Source: a virus (taxonomy: Duplodnaviria; Caudoviricetes). From it: 32,321 nt of DNA. The notes under the pieces were generated by a model, which saw only the letters and a list, made by a program, of their open reading frames with translations, was not told where the DNA came from and made no database searches. Made by a program: the position numbers and the translations under genes. This document shows, piece after piece, positions 1 through 9,107 of the stretch; position 1 is the stretch's first letter, and the number at the start of each line of letters is the position of its first letter. The DNA lies in the IMG/VR virus record IMGVR_UViG_3300032243_000114, positions 1 to 32,321 of that record. One strand, given 5' to 3'.

Positions 1-326
1 CCATTAACGCTTCCACCCCTACATACAGTACATCTCTTGTTGGGGAGGTTGTAGGCACAGGTTACACACAAGGCGGTAAACAATTAACAATCACCACCAC
101 GCCTACGGCTGGGGTTACCAACGGGACAACTGCTTATTGGTCTTTTGCTGATGTAGTGTGGTCACCTGCGGCGTTTACAGCTCGTGGGGCTATGATTTAC
201 AATACAAGTCAAAGTAACGCATCTGTTTGTATTCTTGATTTTGGCGCGGATAAAACCTGTACCAATTCATTCACCATTCAATTTCCAACCGCTGTGGCCT
301 CTAGTGCCATATTACGAATCGCATAG
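1..326 (+). CDS. Conserved phage virion protein, 5'-truncated by the window edge
   Basis: Not in the ORF track. The frame from nt 3 is open to TAG at 324-326: ...EVVGTGYTQGG...FTARGAMIYN...VCILDFGADKT...FTIQFPTAVASSAILRIA*. I recognise this pattern from structural genes of aquatic podoviruses. It is followed by an AGGAG RBS for the next gene. Confidence 0.8.
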   Translation, partial: INASTPTYSTSLVGEVVGTGYTQGGKQLTITTTPTAGVTNGTTAYWSFADVVWSPAAFTARGAMIYNTSQSNASVCILDFGADKTCTNSFTIQFPTAVASSAILRIA

Positions 327-334
327 GAGCCACC

Positions 335-895
335 ATGAACGACAAACTCACCGCAACAGACAAAGTGGAAGCCGCCACAAGTTACAACACCCAGCCACAT
401 GACACAATGTCTATTGAAGGCTATTACACCGCTATCTGTTACAGCACAGACGGTTTTGTTAAGTGGACTGAAGACATTCACAACGTGGTAACCACAGTTG
501 GCAAAAACTTTACACTAGACACTACGCTAGGGAATGTTGCTGGCGGCGCAGTTGTAATGGGTTTAAAAGGTACAGGAACAGCAGTAGCCGCAGATACTCA
601 GGCTTCTCATGCAACATGGTTAGAAGTAGGTTTGGCTAATGCTCCTACTTACTCTGGTAACCGTCCTACACCTTCATTTAGCGCAGCATCTTCTGGGTCT
701 AAAGCCACATCATCAGCCGTATCTTTCACGATTACAAGCACAGGAACAGTAGCTGGATGCTTTATTAATATTGGTGGAAGTTCTACAAAAGACAGCACAA
801 CAGGGACATTGTTCTCTGCTGGTGACTTTTCTAGTTCTAAATCAGTTGTTAATGGTGACACAATAGCGGTATCGTACACGGCGACACTTACATAA
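335..895 (+). CDS. Putative virion structural protein (Ser/Thr/Gly-rich, beta-rich)
   Basis: 186-aa ORF with AGGAG RBS; motifs 'HNVVTTVGKN' and 'GTLFSAGDF...VVNGDTIAVSY'; structural-operon context. Confidence 0.7.
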   Translation: MNDKLTATDKVEAATSYNTQPHDTMSIEGYYTAICYSTDGFVKWTEDIHNVVTTVGKNFTLDTTLGNVAGGAVVMGLKGTGTAVAADTQASHATWLEVGLANAPTYSGNRPTPSFSAASSGSKATSSAVSFTITSTGTVAGCFINIGGSSTKDSTTGTLFSAGDFSSSKSVVNGDTIAVSYTATLT

Positions 896-898
896 ATA

Positions 899-927
899 TG
901 GTAGAATACACTCTTTAACAGGAGTGT
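899..927 (+). promoter_or_regulatory. Extended -10 promoter (TGgTAGAAT) overlapping an RBS-sequestering hairpin of the HNH gene
   Basis: TG at 899-900 and TAGAAT at 902-907. ACACTCTT (908-915) pairs with AGGAGTGT (920-927), one G-U pair, loop TAAC; the SD AGGAG lies in the 3' arm. Confidence 0.6.
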
Positions 928-930
928 TTC

Positions 931-1497
931 ATGCCTAAAGTAAATCGTCTTTTAAACATTTGGAGATCCATGCACAACCGTTGCTACAACGCAAACCAAA
1001 CATCGTATGTAAATTACGGTGGTCGTGGAATTGCGGTCGATGCAGCTTGGCATGGGAAAGAAGGTTATCAAGCGTTTTTGCGTGATATGGGTGAACGTCC
1101 AGAAGGCGCTACGATTGAGCGTGTGAACAATGATGCAAACTATGGGCCGTTAAATTGCCGATGGGCATCCCGTGAAGAGCAGTCCAACAACAAACGCAAC
1201 AACAAGTTTTATACCGTACATGGTAAAACTCAAACGCTGGCTATGTGGGCTAAAGAACTTGGCTGTACATCAAACGCTATTCGTTTGCGTATAAAATATG
1301 GAATGTCATTGGAAGAAGCCGTGTCCAAACCTATACCTGAACGCCCTAATTCCAAATTAACAATGGATCAAGCGCAAGCTATTCGTGCTGGGTATCCTAT
1401 GTTATCTGCTCAAAAGTTAGCGGCACAGTATGGAGTTTGTAAAAAAAGCGTATTAAACATTTTGCACAATAGGACATTCGTTGAGGAAATAGTTTAA
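931..1497 (+). CDS. Free-standing HNH-type (homing) endonuclease-like protein with C-terminal HTH
   Basis: Family signature W-x-S-M-x-x-RC...NYGGRGI...DMGERP...TIERVNND...NCRWA...EQSNN, then 'TLAMWAKELG' and a C-terminal HTH 'SKLT...SAQKLAAQYGVCKKSVLNI'. Sits between two structural genes. Confidence 0.8.
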   Translation: MPKVNRLLNIWRSMHNRCYNANQTSYVNYGGRGIAVDAAWHGKEGYQAFLRDMGERPEGATIERVNNDANYGPLNCRWASREEQSNNKRNNKFYTVHGKTQTLAMWAKELGCTSNAIRLRIKYGMSLEEAVSKPIPERPNSKLTMDQAQAIRAGYPMLSAQKLAAQYGVCKKSVLNILHNRTFVEEIV

Positions 1498-1498
1498 T

Positions 1499-2275
1499 AT
1501 GGCAAACGGATGGGGCATAGGCGCATGGGGCGATAACCTCTGGGGAGGAGGAACACCCTACTCTGATAGTGTTACAGAAACTGCGGCTATTACTTCATCT
1601 GAGTCTGGGACGGCGGCCTTTGCTACATCAATAACTGATACGGCAGCGATAGCGGATAGTCAAACGGTAGCAGCGACATTTGCGGTATCTAGGACTGAGA
1701 CGGCGGCGGCAAGTGATAGCCAGACAGTAGCGGCAACATTTGCTAGGTCGGTTACAGAAACTGCGGCGTTGACAGAAACAGAGACAGCGACAACAGCGTA
1801 CAAAGAAACAGTTACAGAGACATCAGCAATAACGGATGTAGAGTCAGCAACAGGTAATTTCCCTGTATCGTTAACGGAAACAAGTGCAATAGCAGATGTT
1901 CAGACTGCTGTAGCTACATTCTTGGGTAGTATTACCGAGAGCATAGCCATAGCGGATAGTCAGGTTGCAACCCTGATTATGACGATCACGGAGAGCATGG
2001 CGATAGCTGATGCCCAGACGGTTGGAACGTATTACATATTGAGTGTAAGCGAAACTGCGGCGATAACGGATAACCCCACGGCGGCAACACAGTACCCCGT
2101 AAGTCGTAGCGAGACAATGGCAATCACGGAAACAAACAGTGGACGGTATTTGTGGGAAGTAATTGATGACAGCCAGACCGCTTCATGGCAAAATATCAAC
2201 AATCCCCAGACTGCAAATTGGGCGTTAATAGATGACACGGAAACAGCAAGTTGGACGTTGATTTCTACGTCTTAG
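1499..2275 (+). CDS. Repeat-rich virion fibre/appendage protein
   Basis: N-terminal GWGxGxWG, ten ~20-aa repeats (S[VIR]TET[AS]AIxD), and C-terminal Trp residues spaced every 11 aa; GAGG RBS. Confidence 0.65.
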   Translation: MANGWGIGAWGDNLWGGGTPYSDSVTETAAITSSESGTAAFATSITDTAAIADSQTVAATFAVSRTETAAASDSQTVAATFARSVTETAALTETETATTAYKETVTETSAITDVESATGNFPVSLTETSAIADVQTAVATFLGSITESIAIADSQVATLIMTITESMAIADAQTVGTYYILSVSETAAITDNPTAATQYPVSRSETMAITETNSGRYLWEVIDDSQTASWQNINNPQTANWALIDDTETASWTLISTS

Positions 2276-2284
2276 GAGATTTAA

Positions 2285-3100
2285 ATGGCAAATACATCGC
2301 TAATAGGTTTAACCCTACCAACCACAGGAACCTTGTCTGGTACTTGGGGTGATACGGTTAATAACGCTATTTCTCAAATTGTTGATGTAGCGGTAGCTGG
2401 TACACAGACCATTTCTACCGATGCTGACATCACTTTAACCCTGACCACAGGTACAGCGGCAAGCACAGGATTGACAGCCAATAGCTCTCAGTATGCTGTT
2501 ATTTTGTGGACGGCGGCTGGCACGGTAACTCGCATAATTACAGTCCCTGCTCAGTCTAAAACCTATGTGGTGATTAACAAAAGCAGCACGCAGTCAATTA
2601 CCATCCAAGGTGTAACTGGTACGGGCGTTACTTTAGCGGCAGGTACACGGGCTATTGTGGCTTGGGACGGTACAAACTTTGTTAATGTAGGTGGTGGATC
2701 AGCGGCAGGTTCTAATACACAAGTTCAGTTCAACAGTTCTGGAGCGTTTGGTGCTTCTTCAGCTTTGACATGGGACGGTACATCTCTATCGGCTACTAAG
2801 TTTGCTGGTGCTTTAAACGGCACAGTAGGAGCTACAACTCCAAGCACAGGCGCTTTTACTACTGTTACGACCACATCTCCCATCGCTTATAACTACGGCG
2901 GTACAGGACAGACCAGTGCGTTTACACAGTATGGCGTGACATATGCGTCTAGTTCAAGCGCATTGGCAACAACTGCGGCGGGTACGGCTGGTTATGTTTT
3001 AACCGCTAACTCAGGTGCAGCTCCCACTTTCCAAGCCCCAGCAGCTTCTGGCGTAACACAAGCCAAAGCTACCATGCTCAACTTTATCTTCAGTATTTAA
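2285..3100 (+). CDS. Putative tail fibre/tail protein
   Basis: N-terminal 'LTLPTTGTLSGTWGDTVN', 'GSNTQVQFNSSGAF', 'GTAGYVLTANSGAAPTF' motifs typical of phage fibre proteins; AGGAG RBS. Confidence 0.7.
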   Translation: MANTSLIGLTLPTTGTLSGTWGDTVNNAISQIVDVAVAGTQTISTDADITLTLTTGTAASTGLTANSSQYAVILWTAAGTVTRIITVPAQSKTYVVINKSSTQSITIQGVTGTGVTLAAGTRAIVAWDGTNFVNVGGGSAAGSNTQVQFNSSGAFGASSALTWDGTSLSATKFAGALNGTVGATTPSTGAFTTVTTTSPIAYNYGGTGQTSAFTQYGVTYASSSSALATTAAGTAGYVLTANSGAAPTFQAPAASGVTQAKATMLNFIFSI

Positions 3101-3109
3101 GGAACTACC

Positions 3110-3505
3110 ATGAGTAACCCTAATCTTCTAGCCGCTACCACAGCGTCAGGCACAACGACATATTACACACCGGGCGGAACATCTGCGGTGGTTCTTCTAG
3201 CCAATGCAGCGGCATCTGGTCAGGTGTTAAAGATCAACCAAATTGTTTGTGCTAATGTAAGTGGGAGCGCAGCAGCAAATGCAACGGTATCTGTTTACAC
3301 GAACGGTGCTGTAGCTCAAGGTTCTGCTCCAGCGGGCGGTACAGCGTATCCAATCATTTCAACTGTGTCAGTACCATCAAATGCGTCTTTGATTGCTGTA
3401 GATAAAACAACGGCAGTTTATCTGATGGAGGGTACATCTATATCGGTGACATCAGGTACGGCTAGTGCGATTACGTACACCATAAGTTATGAAGTAATTT
3501 CATAA
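3110..3505 (+). CDS. Conserved small virion (tail-associated) protein
   Basis: 131 aa, 'MSNPNLL...KINQIVCANV...YLMEG...ISYEVIS'; AAGGA RBS; tail-module context. Confidence 0.65.
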   Translation: MSNPNLLAATTASGTTTYYTPGGTSAVVLLANAAASGQVLKINQIVCANVSGSAAANATVSVYTNGAVAQGSAPAGGTAYPIISTVSVPSNASLIAVDKTTAVYLMEGTSISVTSGTASAITYTISYEVIS

Positions 3506-3506
3506 A

Positions 3507-4480
<974 letters not shown>

Positions 4481-4481
<1 letters not shown>

Positions 4482-4834
4482 TGGCTCACTTTGCTGAATT
4501 AAATTCTGACAATATTGTTCTACGTGTTTTAGTTGTTGAAAACTACGTGATTAAAGATACACACGGAAATGAACAAGAACAAATCGGCATTGATTTTTTA
4601 AAATCTTTATTAGGTTCCGAAACTATTTGGAAACAAACAAGCTACAACGGCAATTTTAGAAAAAATTATGCCGGCATAAATTATGTTTTTGATTTAACAC
4701 GCAATGCGTTTATTTCTCCAATGCCCCCAGCATTTGCAAATGGTGATGTATGGGAGCTAAATGAGGAAACGTGTGTTTGGTTTGACCCTAAAGCACCTAT
4801 AGGCGGCGCATCAATAGGAGTTTCTCGTGTTTAA
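4481..4834 (+). CDS. Conserved phage protein accompanying Gly-rich fibres (MAHFAEL family)
   Basis: Start is probably the ATG at 4481 (TAATG overlap with the previous stop) rather than 4466; 'MAHFAEL...WKQTSYNGNFRKNYAGINY.FD...AFI.P' motif. Confidence 0.7.
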
Positions 4835-5186
4835 TAATCCATTAACTGATATAAGAATTGTAGATAATGTATTTGTAAAACTGCATCATTTTGTGCGTGT
4901 CGGCGATACACATGAAGGTCATGCACATACATTCGACCACATCACATTATTATCTTCCGGGGCAGTTAAAATGGTGCATGATAACGGCGAACAAGAATAC
5001 AAAGCTCCGTATTTGATTGTTACGCCTAAAGGCGTTAAGCATCAGTTTACAGCTTTAGAAGAAAATACGGTGTTTTGTTGTGTTCATGCTATCCGTGATG
5101 GTGACAGTGTTGATGATATTGCGTCTCCAGATATAACACCAGAAAAAGCATTTGAGTTGATGACAACGTATTCTTTAACAACTTAA
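4827..5186 (+). CDS. Cupin (RmlC-like) domain protein
   Basis: GTG start with AGGAG RBS; metal-binding cupin motifs 'GHAHTFDHITLLSSG' and 'TPKGVKHQFTALE'. Confidence 0.7.
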   Translation: MFNNPLTDIRIVDNVFVKLHHFVRVGDTHEGHAHTFDHITLLSSGAVKMVHDNGEQEYKAPYLIVTPKGVKHQFTALEENTVFCCVHAIRDGDSVDDIASPDITPEKAFELMTTYSLTT

Positions 5187-5204
5187 AATACAATTGGAGC
5201 CAGC

Positions 5205-7247
5205 ATGAGTACGAAATACCCCGGCGGGATCATTACTAAAAATTACACACCACCTACGACTTCGTCTGCGTCTGGGATATGGACACTTGACCAACAAGAT
5301 CAAGCACAGCAAGCTGGCATCTGGCCTTTCGGTGGGCCATTCAATTACATCGAGGATGTGTTTAGCACTTGGTTAAGTACAGGAAACAATGCTACTCAAA
5401 CATTTGTAACGGGTGTAAATCTTTTAACATATGGTGGAATGTGGTGGTCTAGAAGTAGAAACAATTCAAGCCCTTTTTATGTATATGACACTGTAAGAGG
5501 AGCAACAACTGGTACTGCCGCATCTCTTGCTACCACTTCAACAGCGGGACAAAATACTTCTTTCCCAAATGCTGTAAATGTGACAACAACAGGATTTACC
5601 GTTGCTGATAATAGTAATGAACCTGGTTATATCAATGCTACAGGTTCTAATGATGTTTACTATTCTTTCAGAAAACAAGCTAAGTTTTTTGATGTTGTGA
5701 CTTATACGGGGACTGGTTCTGCTCAAACAATTAATCATAATTTAGGTTCTGCACCGGGCAGTATTATTATTAAACAAACATCAGGTGCTGGTGGAACTTG
5801 GTGGGTTTGGCATACAGCCACTAACACTTATGTATATAGATTAAACACAACTGATAGCCAAATTGCATGGGGCACGTTATTTAATGGAGTTCAACCTACA
5901 TCAACTTCTTTTCAAGTTGGTGCAAACGGAAATTCAAATGCTAATGGCGAAACATACGTTGCCTACCTCTTCGCATCCAACGCAGGAGGCTTTGGATTAA
6001 CTGGTACGGATAATGTAATTAAATGTGGATCGTATACACAATCTACAGGACAAATTGTTAATCTTGGGTTTGAACCGCAATGGATAATGATTAAAAGAAT
6101 TGACGGTACATCAAATTGGGTTATTGAAGATGTAATGCGTGGTGAAAGTTATTCACAAGGACAACAACTTTATCCAAACTTAAGTAGCTCAGAAGTTGGG
6201 GCAGGCCCAGATTTGACGCCAACAGCAACTGGATTTATAGATGGAAATGCGTTAAGTGGAACTGTAATCTACATAGCAATACGCAGAGGCCCGATGAAAG
6301 TGCCTACTGATGCGACTACGGTGTTTGCTCCTGTTGCACAAAATGGTGGGTCAATGTCAGTTGTGACAACCGGGTTTCCTGTTGATTTAACGTTCTTAAC
6401 ACAACGCAGTGGTGGTTATGGATATGGCACTTTAGACGTTGACCGTTTGCGTGGGTCATTAACAGACAATGTAAAATATTTAACAACTCAGACAACATCT
6501 GCTGAAACACAAATATATTCAGGTGTTGGGTTTGCTTCAAACACTTCAATTATTGACCAGTTAACTTATGGGCAATTTGGCACAACAAGTTCTGTTGCAT
6601 ATTGGAACTTCAGACGTGCCCCATCATTTTTTGATGAGGTTTGTTATACGGGAAATGGGTCAACGCAAACAATTACACACAACTTAGGTGTAGTGCCTGA
6701 GTTAATTATTGCAAAGAACCGTGGTCAAGCTGGAAACAACTGGCCTGTGCTTTTTAATTTTGCGTCTACAACAATGAACTACGGTTTTTTGAATTTAACA
6801 AATTCATGCCCTAACGATACATACGCAAATGTTGGTGTATTTTCAGCATCACCTACCTCAACCCAAATGTTTCTTGTTAGCTCAGGCTCAATGAACGGAA
6901 GTGGCTATGGAATTGTTGCCTACCTGTTTGCCACTTGCGCTGGCGTTTCTAAAGTAGGAACATATACAGGTAACGGAACAACACAAGCAATTGCGTGTGG
7001 CTTTACAGGAGGGGCTAGGTTTGTTCTTATCAAACGCACCGACAGCACAGGTGATTGGTATGTTTACGACACAGCCCGTGGTATGACCACATTAACAGAC
7101 CCATATTTGCTTTTAGACACTGCTGATGCTGAAGTAGCAACCCTTGGTTCGGTAACAACTACTACAGGTGGTTTTACGGTGAATGCTGCAATATTAGCTG
7201 CAATCAATACAAGTTCAGCAACTTACATATTTTTAGCAATTGCTTAA
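5205..7247 (+). CDS. Tail fibre protein with repeated YTGxG beta-modules
   Basis: 680 aa; repeats 'FFDVVTYTGTG..TINHNLG..P..IIIK', 'FFDEVCYTGNG..TITHNLG..P..IIAK', 'KVGTYTGNG....ARFVLIKR'; ends 'YIFLAIA'; followed by a fibre chaperone. Confidence 0.75.
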   Translation: MSTKYPGGIITKNYTPPTTSSASGIWTLDQQDQAQQAGIWPFGGPFNYIEDVFSTWLSTGNNATQTFVTGVNLLTYGGMWWSRSRNNSSPFYVYDTVRGATTGTAASLATTSTAGQNTSFPNAVNVTTTGFTVADNSNEPGYINATGSNDVYYSFRKQAKFFDVVTYTGTGSAQTINHNLGSAPGSIIIKQTSGAGGTWWVWHTATNTYVYRLNTTDSQIAWGTLFNGVQPTSTSFQVGANGNSNANGETYVAYLFASNAGGFGLTGTDNVIKCGSYTQSTGQIVNLGFEPQWIMIKRIDGTSNWVIEDVMRGESYSQGQQLYPNLSSSEVGAGPDLTPTATGFIDGNALSGTVIYIAIRRGPMKVPTDATTVFAPVAQNGGSMSVVTTGFPVDLTFLTQRSGGYGYGTLDVDRLRGSLTDNVKYLTTQTTSAETQIYSGVGFASNTSIIDQLTYGQFGTTSSVAYWNFRRAPSFFDEVCYTGNGSTQTITHNLGVVPELIIAKNRGQAGNNWPVLFNFASTTMNYGFLNLTNSCPNDTYANVGVFSASPTSTQMFLVSSGSMNGSGYGIVAYLFATCAGVSKVGTYTGNGTTQAIACGFTGGARFVLIKRTDSTGDWYVYDTARGMTTLTDPYLLLDTADAEVATLGSVTTTTGGFTVNAAILAAINTSSATYIFLAIA

Positions 7248-7258
7248 AGGAGCATAAA

Positions 7259-7762
7259 ATGGAAATTAGAATTAGAGAATCAGGTCAGGTCATGTTTGAA
7301 GATGAGTTCAGACGCTTGCATCAAGGTTTGGGTTTACCCACTCCTCTTACTCAAGAGAACATCAGCGATTGGGGTGCAGATATCGTTCTTGAAGGCCCAC
7401 AAGCCTCTGGTGGTACGGTGTATCAATACTCTATGCGTCAAGGTGTAGAACAGATTGATGGTGTCTGGCATACAAAATATGTACTCGGCCCAATCTTTAC
7501 GGACACACTTGCACACGATGAAACCCCAGCTAAAACTGCGGCTGAAAACGAAGCTGAGTACCATGCAATGAAAGACGCTGAGCAAGCTAAAAATGTACGC
7601 AACTCACGTAATGAAAAGCTCAAAGATTGCGACTGGACACAGATTGCCGACAGCACCGCAGACAAAACTGCATGGGCTACATACCGCCAAGCGCTTAGGG
7701 ATTTGACCAAAGAGTCAGGTTTCCCTTGGACGATGACTTGGCCTACTGAACCCGGAGCATAA
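7259..7762 (+). CDS. Phage tail (fibre) assembly chaperone
   Basis: C-terminal signature 'RNEKLKDCDWTQ...WATYRQALRDL...FP...WP.EP'; AAGGAG RBS. Confidence 0.85.
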   Translation: MEIRIRESGQVMFEDEFRRLHQGLGLPTPLTQENISDWGADIVLEGPQASGGTVYQYSMRQGVEQIDGVWHTKYVLGPIFTDTLAHDETPAKTAAENEAEYHAMKDAEQAKNVRNSRNEKLKDCDWTQIADSTADKTAWATYRQALRDLTKESGFPWTMTWPTEPGA

Positions 7763-7764
7763 TC

Positions 7765-7941
7765 ATGGCAACAAAATTCATTCAGAAAGCAATCAAACAT
7801 CCCGGAGCTTTGCGTAAAGAACTGGGCGTTAAAGAAGGTAAAACGATTCCTGCAAAGAAGCTAGCGGCCGCTGCAAAAAAACCCGGGAAATTGGGGCAGC
7901 GTGCAAGGTTGGCTGAGACATTAAAAGGTTTAAAGAAATAA
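7765..7941 (+). CDS. Small basic conserved phage protein (58 aa)
   Basis: Below the ORF-track cutoff: MATKFIQKAIKHPGALRKELGVKEGKTIPAKKLAAAAKKPGKLGQRARLAETLKGLKK*. GGAG RBS; fills the gap exactly. Confidence 0.8.
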   Translation: MATKFIQKAIKHPGALRKELGVKEGKTIPAKKLAAAAKKPGKLGQRARLAETLKGLKK

Positions 7942-7952
7942 GGAGTTTAATC

Positions 7953-8069
7953 ATGCATACTAAAGACTGTCACGAACATATAGGCGGCGACTGTACCTGT
8001 GGGTATCAGGAAATACTAGATGATGAGAACGCAGAGATAATTGCAGAAATAATGGCTGAAGAAGAGTAA
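7953..8069 (+). CDS. 38-aa Cys/His microprotein with acidic tail
   Basis: AAGGAG RBS; MHTKDCHEHIGGDCTCGYQEILDDENAEIIAEIMAEEE*; its stop overlaps the next start (TAATG). Confidence 0.65.
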   Translation: MHTKDCHEHIGGDCTCGYQEILDDENAEIIAEIMAEEE

Positions 8070-8625
8070 TGGATCCAATCACCATCTTTGCGGCTTGTAA
8101 GGCAGCACACGCAGGAATCAAAGAATGCGTGGAGCTTTATAACGAGTTCAAAGAAGATGGTAAAGATTTATCAGGGATAGTCACCGACATCAGTCAGCAT
8201 TTGGGTAAGTTCTTCACGCACAACGAGGAGTTCAAGGTTGCTGAGAAGGAAGCTCAAAAGGTTCCTTTACCCAAAAATATTTCCATTAATGAAGAAGCCA
8301 TGAATAGGGTATTGCGTCAAGAGCAGATGCAACAGATGGAAACTGATTTGAGAGAGATGATTATCTATCAGGTAGGGATGCCGGGGCTCTGGTCTAAGTT
8401 TGCTGATATGCGGGTAGTGGTGCAAAAAGAACGTGAGAAAGTTGAGCGTGAGCAAAAAAAGCCGTGGCAGAAGCTGCGTACAGACGTAGACTTCTTATTG
8501 AAAAGTACCAAGTACGGGCAACCGTTTGCGCTGCAATTTTGATTTTGGTTCTTGAGTTTGTTGGGCTGATGTACTATGTACACAACGAGTATCAAAAGTC
8601 TAAGTATCATTTGGATTCAAAGTAA
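8069..8625 (+). CDS. Lysis-cassette-associated protein: 157-aa form (stop at 8542) or -1 frameshifted membrane-anchored form (stop at 8625)
   Basis: In-frame A_AAA_AAG at 8455-8461. The -1 frame reads AVAEAAYRRRLLIEKYQVRATVCAAILILVLEFVGLMYYVHNEYQKSKYHLDSK* and its TAA overlaps the Rz ATG. Confidence 0.65.
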
Positions 8626-9107
8626 TGTTTAGTTTATTCAACCCGTGGGTACTACTGAGTGTAATACTTACAATCACAGGAGCATATTTTTATGGTCACC
8701 ACGCAGGATATAAAGAATGTTATGACGAGGCTGTGGCAAAGGTTGCAAGAGTTAATCAAGAAGCTCGCACCAAAGAAGCCGAACTGAACGCCAAAGTCAA
8801 CACAACCGCAAGTCAATTAAGGAAAGCAAATGATGAAGCACAGACTAAGATTTACAAGCTTACTGCTGACGTGCAGTCTGGTGCTTTGCGCTTGTCAATC
8901 CCCTTCGCCTCCAATAGTGTATGTCCCTCCGACTCCACCAGAACTGCCAGCGGAGATTCAAATGCAAGAGCCGATCTTGACCCAAAGACTTCTCAAGATC
9001 TTATCAACATCACAGCAGACGGTGACAAGGCCATCCTCGCACTCAACGCTTGCATATCCACCTACAACCAAGTAAGAGAAACCCTCAAGGAGAAAATAGA
9101 TGATTAA
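8625..9107 (+). CDS. Rz: i-spanin (Rz-like)
   Basis: N-terminal TM helix, long coiled coil, 'SGALRLSI', C-terminal 'ADGDKAILALNAC'; carries an embedded lipoprotein ORF in another frame. Confidence 0.85.
   Translation: MFSLFNPWVLLSVILTITGAYFYGHHAGYKECYDEAVAKVARVNQEARTKEAELNAKVNTTASQLRKANDEAQTKIYKLTADVQSGALRLSIPFASNSVCPSDSTRTASGDSNARADLDPKTSQDLINITADGDKAILALNACISTYNQVRETLKEKIDD
8830..9075 (+). CDS. Rz1: o-spanin (Rz1-like) outer-membrane lipoprotein, fully embedded in Rz
   Basis: +1 frame inside Rz; AAGGA RBS; basic N-terminus, hydrophobic core, lipobox LCA-C, Pro-rich mature part (QSPSPPIVYVPPTPPELP). Confidence 0.85.
   Translation: MMKHRLRFTSLLLTCSLVLCACQSPSPPIVYVPPTPPELPAEIQMQEPILTQRLLKILSTSQQTVTRPSSHSTLAYPPTTK

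Noticed and set aside
896-1498. Group I intron around the HNH gene
   Set aside because: Flanking genes have their own stop and start, and the non-coding flanks (35 nt and 1 nt) leave no room for a ribozyme core.
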